Assembly: GCA_040776945.1 (NCBI GenBank)
Contig: JAXGZN010000001.1
Coordinates: forward strand, 1-64,000
Length of the DNA: 64,000 nt
Source: Methanomassiliicoccaceae archaeon
GTDB lineage: Archaea; Thermoplasmatota; Thermoplasmata; Methanomassiliicoccales; Methanomassiliicoccaceae
Direction: 5' to 3'
The translations under genes were made by a program, and so were the position numbers. This document shows, one piece after another, positions 32,428-41,508 of this stretch. The notes under the pieces are model-generated. The model ran no database searches. It was given only the letters and a program-made list of their open reading frames with translations, and was not told the DNA's origin. Every line of letters starts with the position of its first letter. Position 1 is the stretch's first letter.

Positions 32428-33267
32428 ATGGACCTGAAGATCATCGACCTGACCGATACCCATGCTAAGTTCGTCGTCTCGGGCACGCGCCCGGACATGG
32501 CCAACGCCCTTAGGCGGACGCTCATGGTAGGGGTGCCCAAGATGGCCATCGAGACCGTCGAGTTCCACCTGGGTCCAATCAGGGACGAGGACGGCAAGGA
32601 GTGCGAGAGCGTCAGCCCGCTGTTCGATGAGATGATCGCTCACCGCCTGGGCCTCGTTCCCGTTCCTACCGATCCAGACCTCTACGTCTTCAAGGACAAG
32701 TGCGTCTGCGACGGCGAGGGCTGCCCGAACTGCACCATCATGTACTCCCTCAACAAGAAGGGCCCGGCGGAGGTGTACTCCGGAGACCTGGAGCCCCTTG
32801 GAGGGAAGGAGCTTAGGGTGAAGGACGAGCTCATTCCCATCGTCAAGCTGGGTCCCAAGCAGGCACTGCTCATCTACGCGTCCGCCGAACTCGGCACCGC
32901 TGAGAGGCACATCAAGTGGCAGGGCACCTCCGGAACCGCGTATCGCTACTACCCCACGGTCACCATCGACGTGTCTAAGTGCGACCTTTGCGAGGAGTGC
33001 GTGAAGGCCTGCCCGCGGCACGTGCTCGGCAGCAAGGACAAGAAGATCGTCGCGGTGAACCTGGAGGAGTGCATCCTGTGCACCTCCTGCGTGAAGGCCT
33101 GCCCGAGGGATGCCATCACCACGAGCGGTGACGACACCAAGTTCATCTTTGAGTTCGAGACCGACGGCTCGCTCACCGCCCGCGACACCCTGAGAAAGGC
33201 GCTGGAGGTTCTCGAGCAGAGGTTCGACGACTTCCGCGAGAACCTCGGCCAGCTCGTTGAAGGCTGA
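32428..33267 (+). CDS. rpoD: DNA-directed RNA polymerase subunit D (Rpo3) with ferredoxin-like Fe-S domain
   Basis: ANALRRTLM..VP.MAI, DEMIAHRLGLVP, two CxxCxxCxxxCP motifs. Confidence 0.95.
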   Translation: MDLKIIDLTDTHAKFVVSGTRPDMANALRRTLMVGVPKMAIETVEFHLGPIRDEDGKECESVSPLFDEMIAHRLGLVPVPTDPDLYVFKDKCVCDGEGCPNCTIMYSLNKKGPAEVYSGDLEPLGGKELRVKDELIPIVKLGPKQALLIYASAELGTAERHIKWQGTSGTAYRYYPTVTIDVSKCDLCEECVKACPRHVLGSKDKKIVAVNLEECILCTSCVKACPRDAITTSGDDTKFIFEFETDGSLTARDTLRKALEVLEQRFDDFRENLGQLVEG

Positions 33268-33451
33268 ACTGAAAGGACAACGCTCTGAGATGGCAGAGCA
33301 CCTTCCCCGTTTCTTTACTGACCTCTTGCCTCGTCCGATCTTGATTTTAGGTCGCCTCCCGAGCTTTGAATTCTCAGGGCCGCCTATGCTTTCATGGCAA
33401 GTTATCAAATATCCTGCCCGAAATGTGAGCTTCATAATGGAGATGTGAACG

Positions 33452-33643
33452 ATGCAGAAGGAACTGGAAAAGTATGTATGCCCCATCTGCGGCTACGTCT
33501 ATGACCCTGAGGTGGGGGACCCGGACCACGGGATCCCGCCCGGGACAGCGTTCGAGGACCTGCCGGATGACTGGACCTGCCCGTACTGCAATGCTCCCAA
33601 GAGCATCTGCCGGAAGGTCTCCGAGGTCAAAGGCGGCATCTGA
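33452..33643 (+). CDS. Rubredoxin
   Basis: [14 protein letters not shown]...[20 protein letters not shown]. Confidence 0.95.
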   Translation: MQKELEKYVCPICGYVYDPEVGDPDHGIPPGTAFEDLPDDWTCPYCNAPKSICRKVSEVKGGI

Positions 33644-33682
33644 ACCTTGCGGCGGCCGGCCTCCATCTCCAACTCGGCCGGC

Positions 33683-36600
33683 TCACATGAAATCGGTGAG
33701 CTTGCACCTCTTGATCTTATATGACTGGAACAGCGAGTTCATCGACTCCTCCACTATGCCTATGCGCTGCTGGGTGTAGGAGTCGAGATCGAACCTCTCG
33801 CTGATCTCCTTGGTGATCTCGAGATATTTCTTCACGCTCTTCTCATGGACCGTTAGAGTGAGGTTGTTCCCGCAATAGCATCGCCCTTTGAGCGGTATGC
33901 GCCGGTACTTGGCGCCGCACTTGGTGCACCGGAGCGATTGAGAGGAGAAGGATTTCAGGTTGCCGATCATGTCCGGGAGGAAATGCTTGGTGATGACCCG
34001 GTAGACGACATCCTTGGCATCCACTGCCCGGATGGTCCTGGCCAGCTCGAGCTGGGCGTTCATCTTGTCGATCATCGTCTCCAAGGTCTTGTACGCTGAT
34101 TCGTCCGGCCCCTCGGATATGTCCCTGGTGTCATGGGTATATCCGAAGCCCTCGTACTGCAGGGCCGAGCCTATCCTCCCGGCGACCTGGTCCATGATCC
34201 CGTCGATCTCCTTGGGATGCTTGTACTCCATGGTCGCCTGGTAGAACTCCAAGGGGTATTCCCAGCGCAGATCGATGTTGTGCGCCTCCTTGTCTATCTC
34301 GTTGGGATCGAGCCGGGTCGTTAGGACAAGGGGGGCATCCATGAGGCCTCCGCGGCTGCGGGGGAGGAACTCCTTGGAGAAGTTAAGCAGGCCGTCGAGC
34401 AGCAGGATCACCGAGTCCTCGTCCCCGTCGGCGTTGCGGCGCTTGGCCGCGTGGAAGAACGGGTGCCCGTACCCCACGTTCGTTCTGGTGTAACCAATGA
34501 TGCGGCATAGGATCCCGCCGGATGTGTGCGGCGCAAGACCTATTGCCAGCTGACCGATCAGGTCGCTGCGGTCGCGCGAGCTGTAGAAACTTGCCAGGCC
34601 GTAGTATCTTTCCAGGAGGTCATCGACGAAGTTGGCGACCTTGACCAGGTAGTCGCCGCAGCTCTCCGAAGGTATGATGTCCTGGACCCTGAGCTCGCAC
34701 ACCTGGTCAGGGGACGTTAGGTCGTCGTTGTGCACGTCCTTAAGATAGCCCAGCGCCCTGGCCTTTTCCACGCTCAGTCCGATCTCCCGTGGCCGGAAGT
34801 GCGTTACCGGCACGTCGGTCATGTCGAACCGGATGGTGCCGTCCTTGAACACGAAGATGTCGTGGACGGCGCGGAGGAGCCCCTTCTCCAGCGCCTCAGG
34901 GGTCTTGTTCTTCGAGATCATTCCCTGGACGCCCTTTATCTCCGGCGCGACGGTCACGCCCACGCGGGCCATGGCGCTCTCCAGCAGCTTGTTGAGGTCG
35001 ATGCGCTGGACGGTCGGGCGGTTCACGGTAAAGGTGTGCGCGCCGCACTCGGCGCAGGAGCACTGGAAGGTGTTCTTCCCGCATTCCGGGCATTGCCGGA
35101 GGCCCATCTCCGCCTCCACTCTCGATTCGGCCGCCGCCGTGGACACCAACCGCTGCATGCCGCCGCTCTGTCCCAGGGGGAACAGCGCATGGGGAGGGGG
35201 CTTCATCTTCCTCTCCTTGGCCTTCTCCGGTCGAGCCATCCTAGACCCGATTCGGGTGATGGCCCTGGCACGTACCTCAACCCCCATGGCTCTGGAGACC
35301 GCCCTCAAGCTGGGCGACGAGAACGCCTCCGCGGCCGGGGCCCCTGGATCGGCCAGCGGGGCGCTCTCTATGATCTTGGACCCGTCTCGTCCGAGCCCCA
35401 GGCCGTCCAGCAGAGGTCGCGCATAGAACTCGACTATGATCTCATGAGGCGTCGCCCTGTGCAGCGCTCCGAGCGTCTCCAATGTGTGCTTCGACGCCGG
35501 CTCCCGCCTCAGGTGCAGCGCGTCCTCTTTCCACGCGCCGGTCGCGAGGATCTGGGCCCTAAGAGCCGCCAGCTCCTCGAGCGGAACGTCGGACCAGAAA
35601 AGATTGAACCTAGGGTGCAGGGGCACATTGAAAGACCGGGAGGTCTCCTTCGCACGCTCATAGCTCGGCTCCCTCCAGTCCGGAGGCATCTCCGAGGCCC
35701 TGGAGGCCAGCTCGGCCTTGTGCCATTCAAGGGCGTACCCGGCAGGTGCGAGAAGGTGGTTGTTCTCCATGAACTCACCGTATGGCAGGAGCACCTCTCC
35801 CAGATCGACTATCTCGGCGATGTCCGGCCGGTAACGCTTGGCCTCCTTGACTGTGTTGGCCTGCACCAGGTCGCCGTTCTTCAGCAGGAGGATGGGGCCT
35901 TCGATGCTGTCGCAGGGCGTGACCGCTCCGGCCTTGCCCGGCCGTTCGATCTTGATCTGGGTCCCCACAGCCAGGAAGTCGTTCAGCGCATACATGGTCG
36001 CAGGATTGATGGCCAGGGCGGCCAGCCCTGTTGTCCGCCCCCGGCCGTAGCGCAGGCGCAGGCCGCCGACCCTCGATGGATGGCATATCACTGGCCGTCC
36101 GGCCACCATGTCCTTGAGGAACTTGGAGTCGGGCACGATCTTCTTGGCCGACCTGTCGTCACCCTTGTCGTGGCGCTTCTTCCACTCCATGTACTCGTCG
36201 ATGAACTCCCAGCCGTCGATGCCCAGCTTCTTGACGTGCTTTTGGATCTTGGGGGCCTTCAGGCACATGCCCTCGGATATCACCAGGCAAGCCCCGCCCC
36301 GCACCCTGTTGGTCTCGATGCGCGGCAGGTCCCGGTAGCCGGATATCTCCGTTTCCTCGGTCCCCTCCCCGTCAACGCAAACCGGGCAGCTGCGGGCGAT
36401 TATCTCGATCTCCTCGTTGCCGGGAGTGTACTGGAGATGCTGGCACTGCTTGTACAGCGGTATCTCCTCCATGAACCTCTGGACCTCGGCCTCGGTCGGT
36501 ATGTACCTCCCCAGCCCCAACTCTCGGCGCACAACGTCCCCGATGAGCACGCTCAGCGCCTGTCCAGTGCCTCCCGCCGCCCGGATGGGGCCAGCGAAGG

Positions 36601-37027
36601 AGATCGATAGGTACTCGCTCCCGTCGGAGTTGCGCCCGATCTTGCAGCCAGCGATCCCTTCCAGGGGCGCGACCAGGATGCCTTCCGTCAGCACCGCGAG
36701 GCCCACCCGCACGGCGCGGTCGATCGCCTCCTCGCGGGTCTTCGCCGGCTGGCCCGCCATCTCCTTGGCCACCAGCAGAGAGACCTCTTCACGGTTGTGG
36801 CCCTTGGACAGTTCGCGGATGCGCTCCGCCACGCCCTCGACGTGCCAGTCCTCCAAGAGCTTCTCGCACCTCGATGCCAGGTCCTCAGCCCTGGGGATCT
36901 CCACGAATACTTCTGGATCAAGGCCTCTGGAGCGGGCCCGGCGGGCGATGCCGTAGCATCTGTCCGCTTCCGAGAACAGTCCATTGAAGTACTCTTCCAT
37001 GGCCTTGCTGCACGCTACCCCCGCCAT
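33683..37027 (-). CDS. polC: DNA polymerase D large subunit (DP2)
   Basis: AGPIRAAGGT, GGLRLRYGR, RMARPEKA, FKDGTIRFD, HAAKRRN.DGDED and a C-terminal Zn finger. No intein. Confidence 0.97.
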   Translation of the reverse strand: MAGVACSKAMEEYFNGLFSEADRCYGIARRARSRGLDPEVFVEIPRAEDLASRCEKLLEDWHVEGVAERIRELSKGHNREEVSLLVAKEMAGQPAKTREEAIDRAVRVGLAVLTEGILVAPLEGIAGCKIGRNSDGSEYLSISFAGPIRAAGGTGQALSVLIGDVVRRELGLGRYIPTEAEVQRFMEEIPLYKQCQHLQYTPGNEEIEIIARSCPVCVDGEGTEETEISGYRDLPRIETNRVRGGACLVISEGMCLKAPKIQKHVKKLGIDGWEFIDEYMEWKKRHDKGDDRSAKKIVPDSKFLKDMVAGRPVICHPSRVGGLRLRYGRGRTTGLAALAINPATMYALNDFLAVGTQIKIERPGKAGAVTPCDSIEGPILLLKNGDLVQANTVKEAKRYRPDIAEIVDLGEVLLPYGEFMENNHLLAPAGYALEWHKAELASRASEMPPDWREPSYERAKETSRSFNVPLHPRFNLFWSDVPLEELAALRAQILATGAWKEDALHLRREPASKHTLETLGALHRATPHEIIVEFYARPLLDGLGLGRDGSKIIESAPLADPGAPAAEAFSSPSLRAVSRAMGVEVRARAITRIGSRMARPEKAKERKMKPPPHALFPLGQSGGMQRLVSTAAAESRVEAEMGLRQCPECGKNTFQCSCAECGAHTFTVNRPTVQRIDLNKLLESAMARVGVTVAPEIKGVQGMISKNKTPEALEKGLLRAVHDIFVFKDGTIRFDMTDVPVTHFRPREIGLSVEKARALGYLKDVHNDDLTSPDQVCELRVQDIIPSESCGDYLVKVANFVDDLLERYYGLASFYSSRDRSDLIGQLAIGLAPHTSGGILCRIIGYTRTNVGYGHPFFHAAKRRNADGDEDSVILLLDGLLNFSKEFLPRSRGGLMDAPLVLTTRLDPNEIDKEAHNIDLRWEYPLEFYQATMEYKHPKEIDGIMDQVAGRIGSALQYEGFGYTHDTRDISEGPDESAYKTLETMIDKMNAQLELARTIRAVDAKDVVYRVITKHFLPDMIGNLKSFSSQSLRCTKCGAKYRRIPLKGRCYCGNNLTLTVHEKSVKKYLEITKEISERFDLDSYTQQRIGIVEESMNSLFQSYKIKRCKLTDFM

Positions 37028-37131
37028 ACCTGGTCACCATGTCCGCCGGGAAGTTTTCCCGGCCATCGGGCATAGCGGGGACATGGAGATAAATAGTTCG
37101 TTCAAATCGACGGCAGCGGCGAACCTTATGC

Positions 37132-38127
37132 CTAGGTCGGCAGTTTGTCGAAGTCGTTCACCCGCTGGGCCTTGAGCGTTCTCTCGATCAAGGCCACGAG
37201 CTCGTCCACTCCCTCTCCAGTGAGCGCTGATATCCGCGGCCGACCGGTGAAGCGGCCCTCCAGGTCCGACTTGCTGTCAACCTCGATGATCGGCATGTCG
37301 TGGAAGTTCGCCTTTACCGAGGCGAGAAGGGCCAGTTGGCGCTCCAGAGCGTACCCGCAGGTCTCCGATGGATCGATGAGGAAGACTATCAGGTCGGCGA
37401 GGTACTTGAGGGCCAGGACGGCCTGCAGCTCGATGGAGTTCCGCTTCTCCAGCTCCCGGTCCAGCAACCCGGGGGTGTCGATGACCTGATAGGTCCGCCA
37501 TCCGCTCCGCAAATGGCCGATGATGATTCCCTTGGTGGTGAACGGATAGGGGGCGATGGTCGGCTTGGCGGTGGATATGCGCTCCACTAGCTGGCTCTTC
37601 CCTACGTTGGGGTAACCGGCGATCACCACGGTCTGCACCGCAGTGTCCACAGCAGGCAGCTGTCTCAGCTTGTCACGGGCCTTCTGGCAGAACTCGAGGT
37701 CCGGCCCTACTCGGTTGATCACGGAAGAGAACCTCCCGTAGAACTCCCTGGTCGCTTTGGCCACCTCGTCGATGTTGGGGGCCCTCCGCACCTTGAGCAG
37801 ATATTTGCGCTGGAGGTCGGAGCACTTCTCGGCGCACCATGATAGGTTCGCCAGCGCCTTCTTCAGATTGTCATGACCGATGATGACGTCGATGAGCTGG
37901 GAATAGAACTCCTCCTCCTTCTCCATCCGGGGGAACGAGCGGACGTACTTCAACAGCGTGGTGGTGGTCATGTCCCCTATGGTGGTGATCTTGGCGATGT
38001 TGGTCTTCTTGACCGTGTCGAAGGCGGCCGCCCCGCTAACCTCCGCCCTGGAGGCCCGGGCGAAGGCCCGGTCCAGTAGCTCCTGGGCCGTCATTATGGT
38101 CGGTATCTGCCGCTTCCAGTCCTGCAT
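37132..38127 (-). CDS. NOG1-family GTP-binding protein
   Basis: IPTIMTAQELLDRAF, GYPNVGKS, YPFTTKG, DTPGLLDR. Start ATG 38127. Confidence 0.92.
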   Translation of the reverse strand: MQDWKRQIPTIMTAQELLDRAFARASRAEVSGAAAFDTVKKTNIAKITTIGDMTTTTLLKYVRSFPRMEKEEEFYSQLIDVIIGHDNLKKALANLSWCAEKCSDLQRKYLLKVRRAPNIDEVAKATREFYGRFSSVINRVGPDLEFCQKARDKLRQLPAVDTAVQTVVIAGYPNVGKSQLVERISTAKPTIAPYPFTTKGIIIGHLRSGWRTYQVIDTPGLLDRELEKRNSIELQAVLALKYLADLIVFLIDPSETCGYALERQLALLASVKANFHDMPIIEVDSKSDLEGRFTGRPRISALTGEGVDELVALIERTLKAQRVNDFDKLPT

Positions 38128-38184
38128 GGGCGGCCATAGGAGAGAGCAAGTTATTAAGTTATCATCCGCCGATGGTCCGCGACG

Positions 38185-38889
38185 ATGAGCCCCGGGATCG
38201 CGTTCCAGTTCTGGTTGACCGACGGAGACCGCCGCATCCTGGGCGAGGAGGACGCGAGACTGCTCGCTGCCATCTCGAGGCTCGGCTCCCTCGAGTCCGT
38301 GGCGATGGAGCTGTCTATCGGCGTCGAGGACGTCAGAGAGGCGCTGGCCCGCATCAGGGACGATTGCGGAAAGAAGATCGCCGGCGGCCCGGAGACAAGA
38401 TGCCACCTGACCGAGTACGGAAAGGCGCTCCTTGACGAGTTCAGCAACAAACGGAGGCGGGCCGCGGAGCAGTTGGCCAACGCTTTCAGGAACCCGGCCC
38501 CCGCTGCCGACGGGATCGTGTTGGTTGACGGGAGGATCGTGCTCATAAGGCGCGGGCGGGAGCCAGAGAAGGGGAAATACGCCCTGCCGGGCGGCTTCGT
38601 GGAGCATGGGGAGCGCGTCGAGGAGTGTGTGGTGCGCGAGGTGCGTGAGGAGACCGGCCTGCGTACCGAGCCCCTTGAGCTGATGGGCGTGTACTCGGAC
38701 CCTTCGAGGGACCCACGGGGGCATATCCTCAGCATGGTATTCCGAATGAGGGTCCTGGGCGGCGAGCTTGGGGCCGGCGATGATGCCGAGGGGGCTTCGC
38801 TCTTCGACCTCGACGCGCTGCCAGAGCTGGCCTTCGACCACGCCAGGATCATCGCGGACTACCTGAAGGCCTCTGGCCGAGGCCGCTGA
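38185..38889 (+). CDS. ModE-like winged HTH fused to a Nudix (ADP-ribose pyrophosphatase-like) hydrolase
   Basis: N-terminus FWL.....ILG....RLLAAI...GSL...A.EL...LTEYGKALL. Nudix box GGFVEHGERVEECVVREVREETGL, SDPSRDPRGH, LAFDH. Confidence 0.82.
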   Translation: MSPGIAFQFWLTDGDRRILGEEDARLLAAISRLGSLESVAMELSIGVEDVREALARIRDDCGKKIAGGPETRCHLTEYGKALLDEFSNKRRRAAEQLANAFRNPAPAADGIVLVDGRIVLIRRGREPEKGKYALPGGFVEHGERVEECVVREVREETGLRTEPLELMGVYSDPSRDPRGHILSMVFRMRVLGGELGAGDDAEGASLFDLDALPELAFDHARIIADYLKASGRGR

Positions 38890-38959
38890 TCCGCCCCATC
38901 TCAGAACCTGACCCCAGGCTGGAAAGCTTTTTTACCGACGGCAAGCGTACAAAGGAACG

Positions 38960-39400
38960 ATGCTGCAGGACGATCTTGACACCAGGATACTCCGACTGTT
39001 GCAGCGCAACGGCAAGCTTACCTATGAGGAGATAGGCGCGATCGTCGACCGGTCTCCGTCGACCATACGCGACCGCATCAAGAAGCTGGAGGAGAACAAG
39101 ACCATAATGGGCTACTCCGCCATCGTGAACCACGAGCGGATGGGCATAAGCTGCGACGCGTACATAGCTGCGGACATACCGCCGGACAAGGCGCAGACAG
39201 CGATCGCCTCCCTGTTCTCCATGGAGAGCGTTTCCGAGATCCTCAGGGTCACCGGGGAGCGGAGGATAATGTTCCGGGTGCGGGCCGCCAACAACGCTGA
39301 GATGATCGACCTAATAGACCGCAAGATACGGCCCCTGGGTTTCCACAACATCGAGGTGACCGTGGTCCTGGAGCCGGTGGTCCGTTATCCCGGGCTTTGA
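38960..39400 (+). CDS. Lrp/AsnC family transcriptional regulator
   Basis: DDLDTRILRLLQRNGKLTYEEIG...SPSTIRDRIKKLEE plus a C-terminal RAM-like domain. Confidence 0.92.
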   Translation: MLQDDLDTRILRLLQRNGKLTYEEIGAIVDRSPSTIRDRIKKLEENKTIMGYSAIVNHERMGISCDAYIAADIPPDKAQTAIASLFSMESVSEILRVTGERRIMFRVRAANNAEMIDLIDRKIRPLGFHNIEVTVVLEPVVRYPGL

Positions 39401-40030
39401 TCAGCGGACCCCGGCGGCCTCGTCGGGAACCGCCAGAAGAAGGCGGCGGCCGTCCTTGGATGCCTTGCCCACGGAGCTCTTGGACACGACCCAGAACTTC
39501 CTGGTCAACAGGCCGCTCTCGAGGACCATCGGGCTCACCCGGAGTATTCTCTCCAACTGCTCCGGGGAATAGTGGGGGGTGCCGTACTGGCCCACCAGCG
39601 TCACGTGAGGGTTGGAAGGGGCCAGGGACAGAGATGATATCTGTACGATGTGGGCCTCGAAGGCCGGCTCGTCATCCCCCAGCCAGTCCAGGTCCCACAT
39701 AAGGACCAGGTCCGATGCTCCGTTCTCGACGGCGGCCTCGGCCTCTGCCAGCATGATCGCCTCCAGAGCATCGGGGCAATAGTCCCCTGCCGGACAGAGC
39801 GTCTCCCTCCCCGGCACGATCGTCAGGTGGCCATCGTCAATGGCCGCGTCCAGAATCCGTGACCGCGGCGCCTTGGCATCCTTGTCCCACCTATCGCTCA
39901 GCAAGATAAGACGCTGGGACTCGTTCATCCAAGATATCATTTCGGTGACCACGCGGACCTGCTCGGAATCACTGCGGTAGATGTGCGCCGCGTGGTCCCC
40001 CTTGCTTAGCCCCTCATACCATCGCTTCAT
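39401..40030 (-). CDS. Stand-alone MEDS (DcmR-type sensory) domain protein
   Basis: GDHAAHIYRSDSEQ N-terminal motif and 'LVGQY....SPEQLERILRVSP' C-terminal pattern. Confidence 0.65.
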   Translation of the reverse strand: MKRWYEGLSKGDHAAHIYRSDSEQVRVVTEMISWMNESQRLILLSDRWDKDAKAPRSRILDAAIDDGHLTIVPGRETLCPAGDYCPDALEAIMLAEAEAAVENGASDLVLMWDLDWLGDDEPAFEAHIVQISSLSLAPSNPHVTLVGQYGTPHYSPEQLERILRVSPMVLESGLLTRKFWVVSKSSVGKASKDGRRLLLAVPDEAAGVR

Positions 40031-40088
40031 CTCATTCCCCCGGCCTCATGTCGGCCCAAGGGCGGGTCCGAGAACCCGCCCGCCGGCC

Positions 40089-40718
40089 CTATCTCTTGCC
40101 TCCCAACGCTCTTTCCAACCTATGGTCGATCACTTCCCAGTTGACGACGTTCCAGAAGCTGGCAGTGTACTTGGCCTTTTCGTTTTTATAGTCCAGGTAA
40201 TATGCGTGCTCCCACGCGTCCATCGCCATGAGGACCTTGAACCCAGGGATCGCGTATAGGTCATGGTCCTTTATCTGGACAAGGAGCGGCCGCTCTAACT
40301 GGCCGCACCAGACCAACGTGGCCCAGCCCGACGACTCCACGGAGTTGGCCAGCTCGGTGAACTCTTTCTGGAACCGCTCGAAGCTGCCGAACTCCTTGTT
40401 GAGGACATCGGCGAGCATGCCTCCCGGCCTCCCCCCTCCTCCGGAGGAGGCGGGGCGCATGTTGTCCCAATAGAGCGAGTGGAGCATGTGGCCCCCCACG
40501 TTGAACGCGAGGGCCTGGGCCTCGCACCTCATGTTCGGCATGGCATCGCCGGCCCTTGCCTTCTCCATCCTCTCCAGGGCAGCGTTGGCCTGATCGACGT
40601 ATTTCTTATGATGGCCGTCGTGATGGAGCCTCAACAGTTGTTCTGAAATGCTTGGCGCAAGGTCCCCGTACCCGTAATGCAGGGCGGGGAGCGAATAGCG
40701 TCCCTTGCCATTGGTCAT
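40089..40718 (-). CDS. sod: Fe/Mn superoxide dismutase
   Basis: YSLPALHYGY..LAP.IS...LHHDGHHKKYV, FNVGGH.LHSLYW, DAWEHAYY. Confidence 0.96.
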   Translation of the reverse strand: MTNGKGRYSLPALHYGYGDLAPSISEQLLRLHHDGHHKKYVDQANAALERMEKARAGDAMPNMRCEAQALAFNVGGHMLHSLYWDNMRPASSGGGGRPGGMLADVLNKEFGSFERFQKEFTELANSVESSGWATLVWCGQLERPLLVQIKDHDLYAIPGFKVLMAMDAWEHAYYLDYKNEKAKYTASFWNVVNWEVIDHRLERALGGKR

Positions 40719-40906
40719 GGTACATCGCCTTCTGGGAGCCACGACTATAATTTACTTTTGACAGATGTCGGCGCGTATAGGCGCTGGGAACGATCTCAAG
40801 GGACAAGGCGGCGCCTGTTGGTCCCTGCCTTCCGGTGCAGGCATGGGCTCGCGTGCGGGCTGCTGGGTACCTTTTTACCGTAGGACCCGCAGTTTTCTAG
40901 GGGGAC

Positions 40907-41368
40907 CTATCTCGCGTTCTCGGAGGACAGCGGACGCAGCAAGCGTTCTTCGACCTTCAGGCCGCAGCTGTCGCAGTAGCGCGCATCGTCCATGATCAGA
41001 TGCGAGCACCGGGGGCAGCGTCCTCGCAGCAGCACCTTGCCGTTGACCATGGCCTGAACCGGGAGGTCCTCGCATCTCGAGGGCATCTCTATGTGCAGCC
41101 TGTCATCGTTAGGGGGGATGATAGGCACGATGACATGGCCGCAGTAGGCGCAGGCGTTCCAGTTGAGAGCGATGTGCCTCCGGCAGGAGGGGCACTCCTT
41201 CTTGAGAACCAGGGCGCAGTACGGGCAGACGATATAGTCATCGTGGACGAACACGCCGCATCTTGGGCACCGTCCGTTCTTCTGCCCAATGCGCAGACGC
41301 GCGTCCAGGCCGGCAAGTCCGCCGTCATCAGCCATCACCTCGTGTTCGATCCTGCCCTCTGCTCTCAT
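40907..41368 (-). CDS. Double zinc-ribbon domain protein
   Basis: Six CxxC pairs (CPRC, CPYC, CPSC, CAYC, CPRC, CDSC). Confidence 0.7.
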   Translation of the reverse strand: MRAEGRIEHEVMADDGGLAGLDARLRIGQKNGRCPRCGVFVHDDYIVCPYCALVLKKECPSCRRHIALNWNACAYCGHVIVPIIPPNDDRLHIEMPSRCEDLPVQAMVNGKVLLRGRCPRCSHLIMDDARYCDSCGLKVEERLLRPLSSENAR

Positions 41369-41508
41369 CTAGGTCACGGCCTTCTTACCGAGGGCAGATT
41401 AAATATCTTTTTCGACATATTTATCAATGGTGGACACCCAGCATATGTCCCATCATGCTTATCTAGGCCTTAGCCCCTTTTTGACCGCCTTCATGGCGGG
41501 GGCCGGCA

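Noticed and set aside
34730-36610. Long antisense ORFs (also 7043-8500, 55293-56492, 28626-29690)
   Set aside because: Shadow frames of high-GC3 genes on the opposite strand.
37132-38841. 569-aa minus-strand ORF as one protein
   Set aside because: Only the part from ATG 38127 is the NOG1 GTPase; the extension is antisense to the HTH-Nudix gene.
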